Assembly: GCA_028534125.1 (NCBI GenBank)
Contig: CM052818.1
Location: 45,882,001-45,946,000 of the forward strand
Direction: 5' to 3'
Origin: Lama glama
Taxonomy: Eukaryota
Length of the DNA stretch: 64,000 nucleotides
Part shown: in pieces, positions 27,601 to 42,600 of the stretch
How positions within the stretch are numbered: the first letter of the stretch is position 1
Layout: every line of letters begins with the position of its first letter
Position numbers and translations under genes: made by a program
Notes under the pieces: generated by a model
Told to the model about the DNA's origin: nothing
Databases searched by the model: none
What the model saw: only the letters and a program-made list of their open reading frames with translations

Positions 27601-30600
27601 TGTCCTGTATTTTCATTTGGTGAGGGGACTCTCTGATGTATTAAGTAGAATAAGGGGGCTTCCTGAACACTGTTTAAAACTTTGCATGTTTAGTAAGGTA
27701 CAGTAGTATTTTATTTTATACTGGTCCTTTGGTTATCTGCTAATTAATTTTATCTCATTTTTTTTTTGTGGGACAGGATGGCATAACAAAAGACAGACAG
27801 ACAGAGGCAGAGATGATGAGACTAGTCTGTAACCACTCAAATACTATTTCTGTCAAAATCACTTGCAAGATGCCTGTTAAAAATGCATTTTCCTAGATCC
27901 CACACCAGACTTACTGAATCCATCCCTGACATTAGGTCTAAGAATCTGTAAATAAACAAGCTCTCCAAAATATTCTTGTGCAAAAATAAATTAAATTGAA
28001 ATAAAATGAAATGGCTCTCGATCTCATTTTTCTTGTAGCCTGGAAGAGACTCTCAGATGGTTTTACTTCACATGCTTGACAAGAGAAGTTCACCCACAAA
28101 TTCAGTGATGGGCAAGATGCTATGGGAAGCCAGGAACAAAAGAAAACATCAGCTGGTTTCTATTCATGCCATCTGGCAGCAGTAATTCTGGAAAGGAGTG
28201 GGAGTGAGGGAAACTGAGAACAGCTGTTATCATTACATTCGCCTTAATTTCCCTCAGGTAGATTTCAAACCTGATTATTATTCTAACAAAGATTGCACAA
28301 ACAATCCCAAGAGCTCATGTGGCCTAAGATGGTGAAAAATCTGGAGTAAAGTTTGAAGAATCAGTGTATTAAATTTGGAGGTGCTTAAAAAGTGACTGAC
28401 AGCTCTGGAGAAGTCTTTTTCTTCCTTCAACCAACAGGGACCTAGTTTCACAAAAGGTGTAAGATTGCTCCAAGGCCAAATGAATCATCATGGCAGAGTG
28501 CCACTCAGTGGGTTTGGCTGAACCAGCATTACATCTTTTCTTTTTACTCATTCAGAGAGAGAAGATCAGAATGCTGTTGATCCACATTCAAAATACTGCA
28601 GATGTACTTCGGAATGAATTTCCAGTTTCCTCTTTATCACTTCTTGCTGAGTCTAGTGAGGGATGACGAAATGATTAATTCTTGAGTGGATTTAGAAACA
28701 CTGTCAAGGACCATGGTAGAATAATATGTATATAACTTATTAACTGTTTAGAAATTGGTCTGTGGGTTTAAAATACATAAAAGTAAAGAAAATCAAGGCT
28801 GAAGAGATAGAAGTAGCCCTACTGTCTGTTAAGTCACTGGCAGAACAAACTGTATCTGTAACAGAGACGAGTGTGTCTATGCCCAACTTTGGTTCAAACA
28901 GCAATTTGATTATTTGTTACTTCATTTTGAGATGGTGTCCCTGAAAAAGAACAGATTTTCAGTTTATTCTACCAGATGAACTGAGAGATTTTTGCTAGAA
29001 GTAAATGATGCTTCGAATGAGCACCATGCTTCAGAAACTTGTCTCAAAAATAAAGCAGCAGTACAGGCAGAGGCAGAAAAAGGAGGAAGTTGTCTTTAAA
29101 TAAGTAAAGAAAATGAAACGGCCATCTACCAGCAGTTAGGAATCACAATTCAGAAAAAGGAGATGGTTGGAAATACTAAAACTTTTTTTTTAATCGAAGC
29201 ATAGTCAGTTTACAATGTTGTGTCAATTTCTGGTGTACAGCATAATAGTTTCAGTAATACATGAACATATATATATTCATTTTCATATTCTTTTTCATTA
29301 TGGGTTACTATAAGATATTGAATATAGTTCCCTGTGCTGTACAGAAGAAACTTGTTTATTGGAAACACTGAAACTTAATCTGTGCACCTGTCTCCTCTCC
29401 TGAGCTTTGCTCTTAAGTCAGGGTGATGGCAAGAAGACAAACTCTCCCAGCTTGCTTCAAAGAAGAAACAAACCACATCAATACGCTCTGTACTCTGTAT
29501 TCCATTCCCTATGTTTCAAGCGAGTTTTGTCAGATTTATTGCTTTTGGGACAGAGGGGCCCGCTTAAATACTAACGCAACACTTTAATGGAAAGAAATTG
29601 TTCACACAGGGTAAAGGTTTAAGGATCTTTAAAGCTTCCCCCTCATCCACTTTGGTTTGTTTTTAAGGTGTGCTCAACTTTCTGGAATAGCAAAAGCAAA
29701 ACAAAACCAAACACAGAAGAAAAACAGTCCCCAGCAGCCCACACACACAAACTCCACAGGCATTATCTTCACTACCATCTCCTAGAACAATTGCACCTTT
29801 GTCATTTCTGGTGGAGGTTCACAGCTGCTGAAGAAGCCAAGACTTAGCAGAGAAGGCTAAGACATGGAAGGAGGGAGGAAAATGCTTCCTTTGTTAATGA
29901 AAAGCTGTTTCCATTTAAAAGTTTCAACATCCTATGGAATAGTGAATGCACTTTTGTGAGCAAAGGCAAAGCGTACAATGATGAGAAGATGCCTGTCAAT
30001 TAAATAAACAGTCGTTTGAAGACATCCCAAACCTTCCCCCTTTTTCTTGAAGAAGTGGGGGAGGGGAAGGAGGGAACATGGACTATTACTAGATATGGCT
30101 GCACACGTGTTTATAAGGCATAGTAAATGTGACACATGGGCTTCTAGAGTGATAGATTCATTTAATTACAATCCTAAGAAATCACAAGGTTAATATGTTT
30201 TTTAAAAGACCACAAGGCTATAGTAAATTGTTCTAGCATGCATTAAAAACAGAGTGCTTGGGAAAGCATTTTATTGAATTTCACAAATATTCCAGTGAGT
30301 TTATTTTCCTTCATGAAGCAATGCCTTCAGACAGGTAAGGACAAGCTAGAGTTTCTGTTACACAACAGCAGGCTCTGGTGATAAACCTGATTACAATACC
30401 CTGTCAGAGGTGAACTTCCTGCTTTGCTATTAAAAAAAAAAAGAATACAGTGCCTCACCCTGACTTATTCTTATTGTTGTTTTGAAGCAAAGATTCAGCT
30501 GAGAAAAACCTAATGCTGCATGCACCTGTTAACCCAAACTTAAAACAAGACTTTCTATTACAAAGGAAAATTAATAAGGAATAAAAGTATGTCAAAAGAA

Positions 30601-33600
30601 ATGACAGAGCACTGTAATTTATTATTTATGGAGGAAGGGTAAAATGAATTCCGCATGTATTATGATTCACAGAACAGTTCAACTCGTAATTTTAGTCTGC
30701 TAGAGTTATTTTAATGGTTGTAAATCTATCAGTAGTAACAAAAAATACTTTATGATCAAAGTCTAATCCTCTGGAAGTTTGTGCTGAACACACTACTTTA
30801 TGTGAAATATATATCTTGGTCCTGGAGATGAGACCATTTTAGGAACATGCCATTAACCTGCATAGACCAACATAAACCTTAGGGACAAATACAAATTTAT
30901 GAACTGATGACCAACTGACCAGGAGACAGTAATTTGTTTCGGCTCAGGGTCAGAGCTGGAGAAACCTATTTGAGTCCTCCCTTCCTAAGATGTGTTTCTT
31001 CTTCAAATATTCTGCTGATTGTGCCATACCCATGTTCAAATTTCACATATCTATACTAATGTAGATTAAAAGCTGGTATCCAGAAGAAGAGGTAATCCCA
31101 AAATAATTTCTATTTGATCTTGGCAGGGTTGTGATTACTTTTACAGCAGACTAACCTTTGTCATGATTCAGTTTTCTTTAGGCTGATACAGAACTTGGTT
31201 CCATTCTCTTCTCCTGGGAAGGAGAGGTAAGGGGAGGTCTGGGCTTAGCATGCTGTGTACTGGGGTTGAGGGGCGGGGGTACTGGCACAGGATCAAACTA
31301 AGTCACAGGAAATTCACATGAAATCATTGGTTTCACTTAGCAAATATGAGGTGCGATTCTCCTAAAAGAAGTATCATCAATAGAGTCTCAAACATACATT
31401 TTCTGACTGGGGTAATTTACTATTGGTTTCAGTATATTGGTGAACAGTACAAATTAACTGGTAAGGTTATTTATCTCACACACTGGATTTCATGAGTGAT
31501 ACTGATACACTCGTAACTTGCATGTTTAAATGTCCTTGCTTATAAGCGGAAGTTACATCCCTTACACATTTACCATAAAATATCAGTAGAATGCTTTTTT
31601 ATTTTTTCAATCAAAAAAACCACTATTTAATAGCCTTCTGATATATTATGTAATAAATACATAAGAAGCCGTCTGGAAGTTTACTACTTAGGTGGGAAAA
31701 AATCCCCAACAGATCTATTTAAAATCTCCTTTAAATAAAGTATTTAAACTTACTCTGTTTCTCAGCTATTTCAAATCACTTAATCAATAAACACCCAGTC
31801 CCTACCATGTATATGGAATTATATATTAAGTCTTATGATGATGATAAAATAAAAATATTACATATGACTTCTACTCTCAAAGAACAGTTAGGGATGCAAG
31901 AAATATACAAACACACTCATGCATTTCATACTGCCTTTTTACTTCTGTTTTAGAAATTCTTTAGACAACCTCCTCTAGCTTCCTTTAAAATCTTGAAAAA
32001 TACAAAAGAATACATGTAACATATCTGTAAGCTATGAAGCATGATCCTAAAATGAACACCCATGAATTCACTGCCCAACTTCAAAACTGGAACATTACCA
32101 GCACTGTCTACTACGTTCTCCTTTGGCAGTCCTCCCTCTCTGCCTCCCCCTCCAGAGGTAACTAGTATCCTGCATTTTGCTAACCATGAAATTGTGTTTT
32201 AAAAAATAGTTTAATCATACACACAAATATATCTATAAAAATATATTCAGTTTAACTTCCTTTTTGAACTTTATAAAAATGGTACCATACTATACATAGC
32301 TTTCTGAATTTTGCCTTTCATACTCAACAGAATGTTTCTAAGATTCATTCGTGCTGCTTGTGGCTGTCGGTGATTCATTTTCATAGCTGTCTAATATACT
32401 ACGTCTGATTATGTCACATGTTATCCATTTTCCTGTTGATACACATTTAGATTTGTTTTGTTTTTTCATCACTTAGCTGCCTTCTTTAGCCTTTTAATGC
32501 CAAACACAAAACTCCATCAACAGAGAACTAGTTAGCTAACCTAACTAAGTGGCATATCTATACTGTGAAGCTCCAAGAAAAGTAAAAGCTTGTAAGTAAA
32601 ATGCAGTTATATAAGAGAATATCGCTATTCTTACAAATATACACTAAAATACTTAGGGGCCATGACAGATGTAACTTACCCTCAATGATTCAGAGATAGA
32701 ATTGGATAGACAGACTGACAGATAGGCAGAGAGACTAGCACAAATGATAAAACAATGAGATAAACTAATAACAATAGTTGAATCTGGGTAAAGGATATAT
32801 TTTTATTTTTGTAACTTTTCTATAAATCAAAAATTATTCCAAAATTACAAGTTCACTTTTTTAAAAAAAGCTAAGATATAAGTGAAAAAGGCAATGTGTA
32901 ATAGTTATTGTTACCAAAACATAATCTCATTATTTTTATGCTTATACTTTCTATCAAAATCTACAAGAAATCACTCCCCTATTTTACCTCTGTCCCCTCA
33001 CTCAAAAATAACAAAAATAGTCAACAAAAGAGATTATTATTAGGGCAAGTATTTTGTATGAACAAAATCCTATAACCATGACCCTCCAATAACTGTAGAA
33101 AATTTTGAAGCAAAGATTAGATAATATTCATGAATATAATTTTTTTTAATCCAAGAATGAATGAGCAATAAGATACTTTTAGGCATTCAAGAAAGAATGG
33201 TTTAGGTAATACTCACCTAAAAAGCATCTAAACAACAATTCTACTTCTAAATGTCTAAAAATTAGTATTTGGAACACTTCTGTTTCTGCCCATGAAGGAT
33301 TAACTACTTCAGGAATTGACTTCCTACTACAAACATAGAACAGGAAAAAAATGCATGAAACAACAGTTTCAGGCACTGGACAAAAGGAAGCACAGGACTA
33401 TACTCCCTGAGAAGAGAAATAAGTGGCCACAGATTACTCCCGGAGGCAGTCTCCAAACCGTGTGTAGGGAACAGGGAGTGAAACAGAGCCCAGTGGTCTT
33501 GCTGAGTTAAGGAGAGGCTGCAGTTCCTAGAAACTGAGGTGTCTGTAATTTGCAGGTGAAGTACCAGTGAGGATAAAGCTGCAGAGAGAGAATTCCGGAG

Positions 33601-36600
33601 ATCTGCAAAGAAAAAACCTAACGCTGAGGGGGAAAAAAAAATCACTGGATTTTCCCAACGAATCCAAACAATTCTGAGGGACATGCCTTAGTAGTGCAGC
33701 TAAATTAGTCCCAGAATAAAGGCTCTGGAACAGCCATTAAAAAAAAAAGCTTAAAAATAGGTTTTAAAAGATCAAACTGACATCCAAGTTATCCAGTCAT
33801 ACACCGGAATAAAAATCCAGTATTCAACAATATAAAATTCTACATTCAATAAAAATCACCAGGCATGCAAAGAAGCAGGAAAACATGACACATAATCAGC
33901 AGATAAACCAATCATCTGAAACAGACCAGAAATAACAGAGTAGACAAGAACCTTCAAACACCTATTATACACATTGTCGATAAACTTGAGGATGTAAAAG
34001 AAAACATAATGAGGGAAATAAAAAAAATAAGACTAACATGAAACTTCTAGAAATGAAAAATACACAATCTGAAATGAAAAACATACCAGGTGGGTTTAAC
34101 AGCAGTATTAGACACTCAAGAAGTAAAGCTCAGTGAATCTGAAGATATCGCCTTAGAAACTATCCAAAACAAGACACACTGAGGGAAAAAACGAGAGAGA
34201 ACAGAAGCCTTCGTGAGCTGTGGTCTAACATGTAACTGGTATCCCAGAAAAAAATCAAGGTGAAGAGGAAAAAATTTTTTGAAGAAATGAAGAATAAAAA
34301 GTTTCCAAATTTGATGAAAACCATACACCCACAGATCTAAGGTCAATGAACCCCAAGGCAGAAGGAACCGTGCCAAGGCACATCACAATCCAACTGATGA
34401 AAAACAAGTGATAAAGCAAAAATCTTAAAAAGCAACTAGAAGGGAAAATAAAAGCAACTAGAAGAAAAGAAAGAAAAATTACATAGAGTATAACAAAGAA
34501 AAGAATGACAGCAGACTGGCTTCTCATCAGAAATCAGGCAAGGCCTACATTTGACAAGCCCATATCTAACATCATACTCAATGGTGAAAAGTTAAAAGCT
34601 TTTCCTCTAACATCAGGAATAAGACAAGGATATAATTCCATGTGGTACTGGAAGTCCTAATCAGAAGAGTTAGGCAGGAAAAAGAAAGAAAAGGCATCCA
34701 CATCAAAAAGAAAGAAGTAAAACTATCTCTATTTGCAGGTGACATGGTATTACACGTAGGAAATCCTAAAGACTCCACCCAGAAAAAACTGTTAGTATAA
34801 ACAAATTCAGTAAATTGCAGGATACAAAATCAATATATGAAAATCAGCTTCGGGGAGGAGGGTACAGCTCATTGGTAGAGGGCATGCTTACCATGCACAA
34901 GGTCCTGGGTTCAATCCCCAGTATCTCCACTAAAAATAATAAATAAATAAACCTAATTCCCTCCCCCCAACAAAAGAAAATCTATTGCATTTCTATACAC
35001 TAACAATGAACTATCAGAAAGAGAATTTTTTTTAAAAATCCCATTTACAATTGCATCAAAAAGGGTAAAATATCTAGGAATAAATTTAACCAAGAAGGTT
35101 AAAGATCCGTACACTGAAAAATGTAAAACAGTGATGAAAGAAATTGAAGAAGACATAAATATATGGAAATACATTCTGTACTCATGGATTGTAAGAATTG
35201 ATACTATTAAAATGTCCATATTACCCAAAGTAATTACAGATTCTTCATTATTTCTTAAAAAGATAAATGACTTTTTAAAGCAAAAATAATCCCAATGCAT
35301 TGTGGAATATCTAACAGGTAAAAATAAAATGTTTAACACTAAGGGATGGGACAAGGGAACTGGAAGTAGGTATATTGTTGTAAGGGTCTTACACTGTACA
35401 TGTACTGGTATAATACTATTTGAGGTAGACTGTGATACATTAAAGATGAATATTATAAACTCCAGAACAACCTCTCAAAAACTAGAGGTATAGTTAATAA
35501 ATCAATAGTGGAGATAAAATGGAATTATAAAAAAAATCTTAATTCAAAAAAGGTAGGAAAAGAAAAAAAAAGAAATAAAAATCAGATGGGATAAATAATA
35601 GCAAGATGGTAAATTTAAACCTAACATTATTATAGTTACATTAAATATAAATGGTCTAAAGAGTCTAAAACGCAGAGATTACCAGACTAGCTTTAAAAAA
35701 ATCAAGATTTAACACTACCAACCAGAAATACACTTCAAATATTAAGAAACAGATAAATTAAAAATAAAAGACTGAAAAAAGATGCAGTGTACAAACATTA
35801 ATTTAAAAAAAGAATCAGAGTGGCTATCTTAATATTAGACAAGGTAGACACTGGAACAAGAAATATTATCGGGGGGAAAAAAGGACATTACATAGTGATA
35901 AAGGAGTCAATTCATAAAGAAGACAAATATTCTAAGTATTAGGCACCTAGTATAGTGCTACAAAATACCTGAAGCAAAAATTGATAGAATGTGAAAGAAA
36001 AGTTGCTTGCTATCATAGTTGGAGATTTCAATACTCTTCTCTCAGTAAATGATAGGATGAGTAAAAATTAGTATTTGAATGGTTTCAGAGCAAAAATAAA
36101 CCAAGCAAGTAAACATATCTCATTTCCCCTCTTAATTTTTAAAACTTAGGTCTCAAATTATAAAAACTTAGGACGGGCAGTTTAGATTTGATACAATATT
36201 GAGAATGTAATTTTTCAGGCTGAAATCTTGAAACATCACCAGAAATAAATGTGGCTATAATACTTGCAGGGACTTCTTACCACACTGCTCATAGAAGGGC
36301 AATGCAAATATTAACTAAAGGCTTAAACTAGGCTTCTGAGAAGTGTAAGCCACATTGGCTATTACAATAACACTCTCTTGATTCTGTACATTATATGTCA
36401 TTCTTGCAGTCATTTAAACATGTGGCAATAATTGGATCTATTACTATCTGAAAAAACACAGAGTAAATTTTTTTAAATAATTATTTTTACTGAGTGAAGT
36501 TTGAGTATCTGTCTGAGTATACATAAAGTGAAGCCAAATTTCCTAATTCAAAAGGAAATTACGGTCAGATACCAATCCCAAGCATATAAACCCAGCCCAG

Positions 36601-39600
36601 GAAGCAACATCCCTTGTAAGAAGCTGAATTTATGGTAATCAAAATTATAAAATACTATAATGAAAAGTAAGTCATATCCACGGACTTTCTAGAACTTACT
36701 TTGAGAAAACTTAGAAATGGGCACATTTAAGGTTGTCAGGTTTTATCTTTTTTTAAAACAGACTTTTAAAACAAAAACTTTATTTTCTAAAAATGATGCA
36801 ATTTTTTCTCCAGGCAGCTTGATTATCCTCTTAATTCCCACTTTAGAGGAAAAGTTTTCCACCCTGGGGCCTGGAAGGGAGCCTTTTACCATTTCAATGT
36901 CTGTGATATGTCTGCATTTTGAACGTATCTCAAATACTCCTCATGAAAACCCTAATGAAGTAGAGGTTTATTATTTCCAAGTCACATTTCTTCTTAGGCC
37001 TGTTTCCTTTTTGGAAAAATAAGAAAAGTGGACTAAGTGATCTCTAAATTTTCCTTCAGTTTTGATATTCTGTGACTTTATATAAAATTCTGGTGTTTAT
37101 TCTTGAGAAGTTTACAGTTTGGTTAGGGAGTTAAAGTAATAATCTTAGGTATCAACAAAAAGTACAAATAACCTCAACCAAGCAAAAATTTCAATATAAT
37201 TTGATGAACGGCTCTGAGAAATCAGGTTAAAACCCAGTCAGTCAGGATATAAGACACAGAATACACTGGAGGTTAAGTGAGAGAAAGAGAGAAGGGAAGA
37301 AGGAAAGGGAGGGGCAGGGAGAGGGTGGAAAGAAGGGAGGGAGAGAGAGGAAAGACAGAGATAAGCCAAGACTAAGCTGATAACTAATGCAAAAATGTAG
37401 CACAGTTCCATCTTTGGTCCCTGTAGGAAAACTGAACTATAAAGATATACACTTAGAATTATTGAACTAAATATCTTTTCCTTTCAGCAGAACATTTAAA
37501 CAAGGCTCATTTAGCAGCTAAATTTAAAATTATTAATTAATGAATTATACAGATTTTTAAATCAATTATTAAAAAAAAAAACTCCTATGTGACAGTTTCA
37601 AGACACCATCAGTATTGTCCCAGGTACGCCTAGGAAATTCAGGCTTGTCTCATCGAGCATGGGATGCCATTAAAAAGATAAAAAAACCAATCTCAACAAC
37701 ATACCTATTTGCAATGCACACACCTCACCTTATAGCTGTATTTTGAGAATAACTTAAAGGATTAGAGGAAGCTACATAAGGAAAATGAGAAAGAATAATT
37801 CTACTCTTCATTAAATTATGACTAATGTTCCACATTTGAACAGAACAAAAACTAGATGACATTTTTAAAAACTCCAACACCAAGCAGTAAGTCAGGAAAG
37901 GAATATAAATCATCATATTACTACTGTGTCTTGTAAGTGACTACAAAGTAAAAACGAAAATAGCTTACCTCTATAGCGAAGATTCCTTTGTCACGCCCAT
38001 ATAATTTCATCTCTTCTGGAAATTGTTGAAAAGCATGTATGTAAGGAATATACTCCTCTTCAACAAATCTGTATTTTTGAAAAGAAAGTTTTTTCAGTAA
38101 GAGATACGTATTGATTTAGCAAAGTAGAAAAAAAGAGGTAAACATGTTGTACTTCAAAGATAAGGTAAGAATGAGTTGAGTATATTGTATAGCCTAAATA
38201 TTTTTAAGGATAATTAACCTGAAAATATCAATAATTTCCCGCATCCATGTGTGAAGAAAACATTTGGTTGATTATCTAATGATCTCTTAAGTCTCTGCCT
38301 AGGTGAACTATTTCTAAAAGGTGTGTTTATCTTAGATTTGCCACCAGGCTCAAAGACGTGGTTCCTTCCTTCCATTCCAGTTCCCTCACGTGATTAGCTC
38401 CTACTCATCTTTTAAATCACTTCTTCAGGGAGACCTTCCTAGATCCCTGTCTTCCTTATTAGAGTATCTCCCTTGTCCATCATTCTGTCCCCAGTACCTA
38501 CGACAACGCATGGCAGGTGCTTGTCACTGGAAGAACAATTAAGGAAAGGAACATCTGTTTACCACTCCATCTCAATGTCCAGTACACGGTAGCTGGTCAA
38601 ATATTTTGAGTAAATTATTGAGTTTGAAGAAAATAACACATATATATAAATAACCACATATACACAGTTATTTAAAATTCATTCATTCATTCAACAGAAA
38701 GTTATTGAGTCCTATATACCCAGCGCTATTCTAGGCTGGAGGGTACAGCAGTGAACAAGACAGGAAAATATTCTTCTTCCCATGGAGGTAAGAGAAAGAT
38801 TCCAAACAAAACAAGTGAAATCTACAGTAATGTTAGGTAAGAGAAAATGGTAAGGAAAAAAACAGAACAGAGAATGAGGAATGGGGGTATTGCAATCTGT
38901 GCTATATATATATATATATTTGTGCTAATATATGTATATTAGATTTTTAAAACAAGAAAATTGTTAAGGAAAATAAGATAAAGATAGGAATAAGTACACA
39001 AAATATTTTGCCTTGAAATCTCTGCTGTTATGAGAGCTGGCCTGACATCTGGTTTTCAGTTTTCTAGCACTTAAAGAATAGTATTGATTCAATTCGATTT
39101 CAAATTGTAAATGTGATTTTTTTTTTTACTTTTTAGTCTACTCAATGTTGAGAATTAAGGTAAATATTTTATGTAAAAATGGTGTTTTGTGAAGCTTGAT
39201 AACACAGGGTTCTTTACAACAGCTCTAAGAGGAAAGCCTCCCCCAGCTAGGTTTTCATTATCTAAAAAAATTTCATATGAAAGTAATTGTACATAGTAAT
39301 CAGTATTCCTATTATTTTGCAAGTACATTTTTGGTTTAATATTATTTGATATGCAGGATGTATTGCATGCTTATCATTTTTATAACTACCTAGCATTTCC
39401 ACGTTTATGTATTAATAATTTAGTCATTACTCCCATGTGATGATTCAGCACTGGGAGGTGTTGGGAGTTTAGAGATGACTAAGAAAGGCTTGAAGAGTTC
39501 CCATCATGACCCTAGCAGGTCAAACAGCCATGGAAGCCTCAGCACCGGCAGTGCCACAGTGCCCCCATGGAGGGCTACACACAGGGCTGCAGGAGCGGAG

Positions 39601-42600
39601 GAAGGAACAAGAAACTTGCCCAGGGAAAACAGGATGTCTGCACAGAGCAGGTCTTGGGCATCTGGGGTTTTAACAATTTTCACTGTTTATACTTTCACCA
39701 TTGCTTTTAATCTCTTCCCAAAGTATTTTTTTTTCTTTCTGAATTTGCATTTCCTTTTAGAAAAATACATACTTTCCCAAAAGATAGCCAATGAATGAAA
39801 ATTCTAAACAATCTATTTTCCTGATGATCAGATGGGTCTCTGGATCAATCCAGAAGTTGACAGAGGACTTGGGATAGACTAAAAGCATTCCACATGCCCC
39901 TCGTAACCAGCAGACCACTACTCCAGCTACATCCCCAGGAAACACTGTCTCTACTTATAATTTTATTGTATTTTTCAAAAGTTGCGATCTGTGACAGGCT
40001 GGAAAGTTAACAAATTGGTTCTTCATCACAGGTAACTTAAGAAGCACTCACTGCATTACAATTATGTCATGTCTACCTGCAAAACATATCCTGAGCCCCT
40101 TCACATCATTCCACTTCTGTCACCACCACCCTAATCCAAGCCACTATCTCTGGTCTTAAGTACAGGAGAGACCACCTGGCCCCCTGCTCCCACCCATGTC
40201 TGCCTAGAACCCACTGTCCTCACAGTCGCCTGAACGATCTTGAAAACATAAATCAGATCACGTCTCTCCTGCTAAAATCTTCCGGGCTTACTATCACTGA
40301 CAGCCAAACTCCCTATAGGTATGGGGTTTTGTTTAGGCGTGATGAGTATGTCCTGGCAAGAGAGGTGATGGCTGTACAGTCTTGTGAATACACTGAAAAG
40401 CACTGAATCGCACAATTAAAAAGGGTGAATTGTGTATGAATTACACCTCAGTTTTCTAAAAAAAAATCCAAACTCCCCCTTGGCTTACAAAGACCTATTT
40501 CTGGCTCTTCCTTATTATCTCCCTGCCCTCATCTTCTGACTTCTCCTTCAACTTACTCCCATCACAGTGGCCTCCTCTGCTCCTTGATCATACAGAGCTG
40601 GCTCTTGCTTCAGGGCCTGGCACCCCCTCTCCCTGGAATGCTAGTACTTCTGATATTCAACTGCTGGCTCTATTTTCATTCAAAGTGCAGCTTAAATTCC
40701 ACTTTCTCAGTGAGGCCTTCCCTGATAACCAATCTAAAGTAGCCATCGAGTCATTCTCTATCACATCATCCTGTTCCAATCTTCTGAACAGCACTTCACT
40801 GTCTGATCATTTCTTACTTATTTATGTATTTGCTCATCTGTTTCCTCCTCTAGCCTTAAACTTCATGAGAGCAAGGACTTGATTTATATGATTCACAACT
40901 GTGTCTCACTGTGTTCTAGACTCCAGAACAATACCTAAACAGAGCAGATATTCAGTGAATATTTGTGGAATGAATACATGATGGCTATTTTTATCTATTA
41001 TTGTTGTTATCGCAAGGTAGGCAAGGCACTTTAAAGGCTATTTTAAGGTTCAGGAATGTATCCTAAGGCCCACAGATGCTGCTAGAGGATTTAAACAGGG
41101 TAGTGACATGCGGGATCAGTAACCTTATGATTCAGGTTAGATGGGTCCAAGAATTTGCATTTCTAACAAATTCCCAAGTGATGCTGATACTACTGGTCAG
41201 GGGACCACGCTTTGAGAACCTATGACTCTTTTAGAGTGCTTTTCCAAGAAAAGCAGAGAAAGAGGATCAGTGGTGAAGTCTTCTCTCCTATTGCTCCAAG
41301 TCCCAAATTTGTCCCACAGAGCAAAATAAAAGCCCTCCAGCTAACTAGATCTAATCTCCTTGAGGGTACTTTAGAATTCCCCTTGGAGGGGGAAGGGAGG
41401 AAAGAGGGAGGAAAGGAAGAACAGAGACAGAGGGGCAGGAGAGAAGTAGAAAGAGTGGGGAGAGACAGAGAGACAGACAAATGTGTAGGATATTATCCCC
41501 ATCCTTCCAACCAAAGACCATACTCTCCCTGAGAAGAATTTAGGGCAAATATTATTTTCTCCATCTTGTTAGATTTCTAGGAGAGTTTTATTACCCCCTC
41601 ATTGATTGCCCTGGGTAGGACACCTAGCCCCTTTATCCAGCTCCAGTGACATGATTAGACTGCTATTTCTGTAAGATTATTTCCCTCTGGTTATCAGGAG
41701 GAAAATGGATAGGAGTGGCACAAGGCTCACTTGGGAGGTTGCTAAGTAATTCAGGTGAAGATAGAATCCAGGTGAAGATAGACACAGAAGGAATGGGGAA
41801 AAATGGTTTTGAGTTATTTTGGGAGGATAATTGAGAGGATATAATGACTAACTATACGTAGAGAGAGGAAGGAGGCAGGGGTGAGTCCTAGTACGGGATG
41901 CAACAGGGCACAGGGTATTTACAAAGAGAGGAAACATGGAGGAGGGGCTAGATGGCGGAGGTAGATGATGGAGTGGCAGTGTCCAGCAGGCAGCTGTGTA
42001 TGTGAATACACAGGGCTGGCCCTCAGCAGACAAGTCTGGGCTAGAAATATAGATTCAGGAGTCACCATCATATAGGTGGTAATTAGAGCCTTGGGAGAGG
42101 ATGACATCACCCAGGGAGGGCATCCAGAACAAGAGGAGGTTTTTAACTTAACAGTAAAATTTACTGAATCATGGACTATCTGCATGTAGAGTTAACCACA
42201 TCTTGTTGTTCGGTTGATGTGGCCAAATTCGAAGGCACTATCCTCATTTACCGAGGTGTTTTATTCAATCAAGAGGCCTAGTGTCAATGATGATGAAGAT
42301 GATGAAAAAGACAAAAACAATCATCACTAGCACTGAGTTCTTATTATGCATGTGCTTTCCGTGTAGTACTAATTATTGAAAGTAGTTTCAACCCTCTGAG
42401 GTAGATATTATCCTTAGCCTCATTTTACTAATGAGGAAACGGAGACAGAGAGGAATTAAATAACTTACACTAGAGGTCCTATAACACATAATGGCAGAGC
42501 CAGGATTGGAACCCAGGAGTCTGGTTCTAAATTTGTGCTCTTAAAAAATCACTTCACACAGTGATTAAACCCAAATGTTGCTATTTAGAACACATAGTAT

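Noticed and set aside
28369..28551. 60-aa minus ORF MSKKKRC... as a nested gene or retrocopy
   Set aside because: No recognisable homology, poly(A) tail, TSD or splice context
34852..34930. tRNA-like A and B boxes
   Set aside because: Head of a tRNA-derived SINE with an AT-rich tail; not a tRNA gene
41752..41782. Short direct repeats (CAGGTGAAGATAGA x2; similar pairs near 21550, 34430, 48056, 49643, 53696)
   Set aside because: Two-copy local slippage duplications, several inside old repeats; no array or CRISPR-like structure
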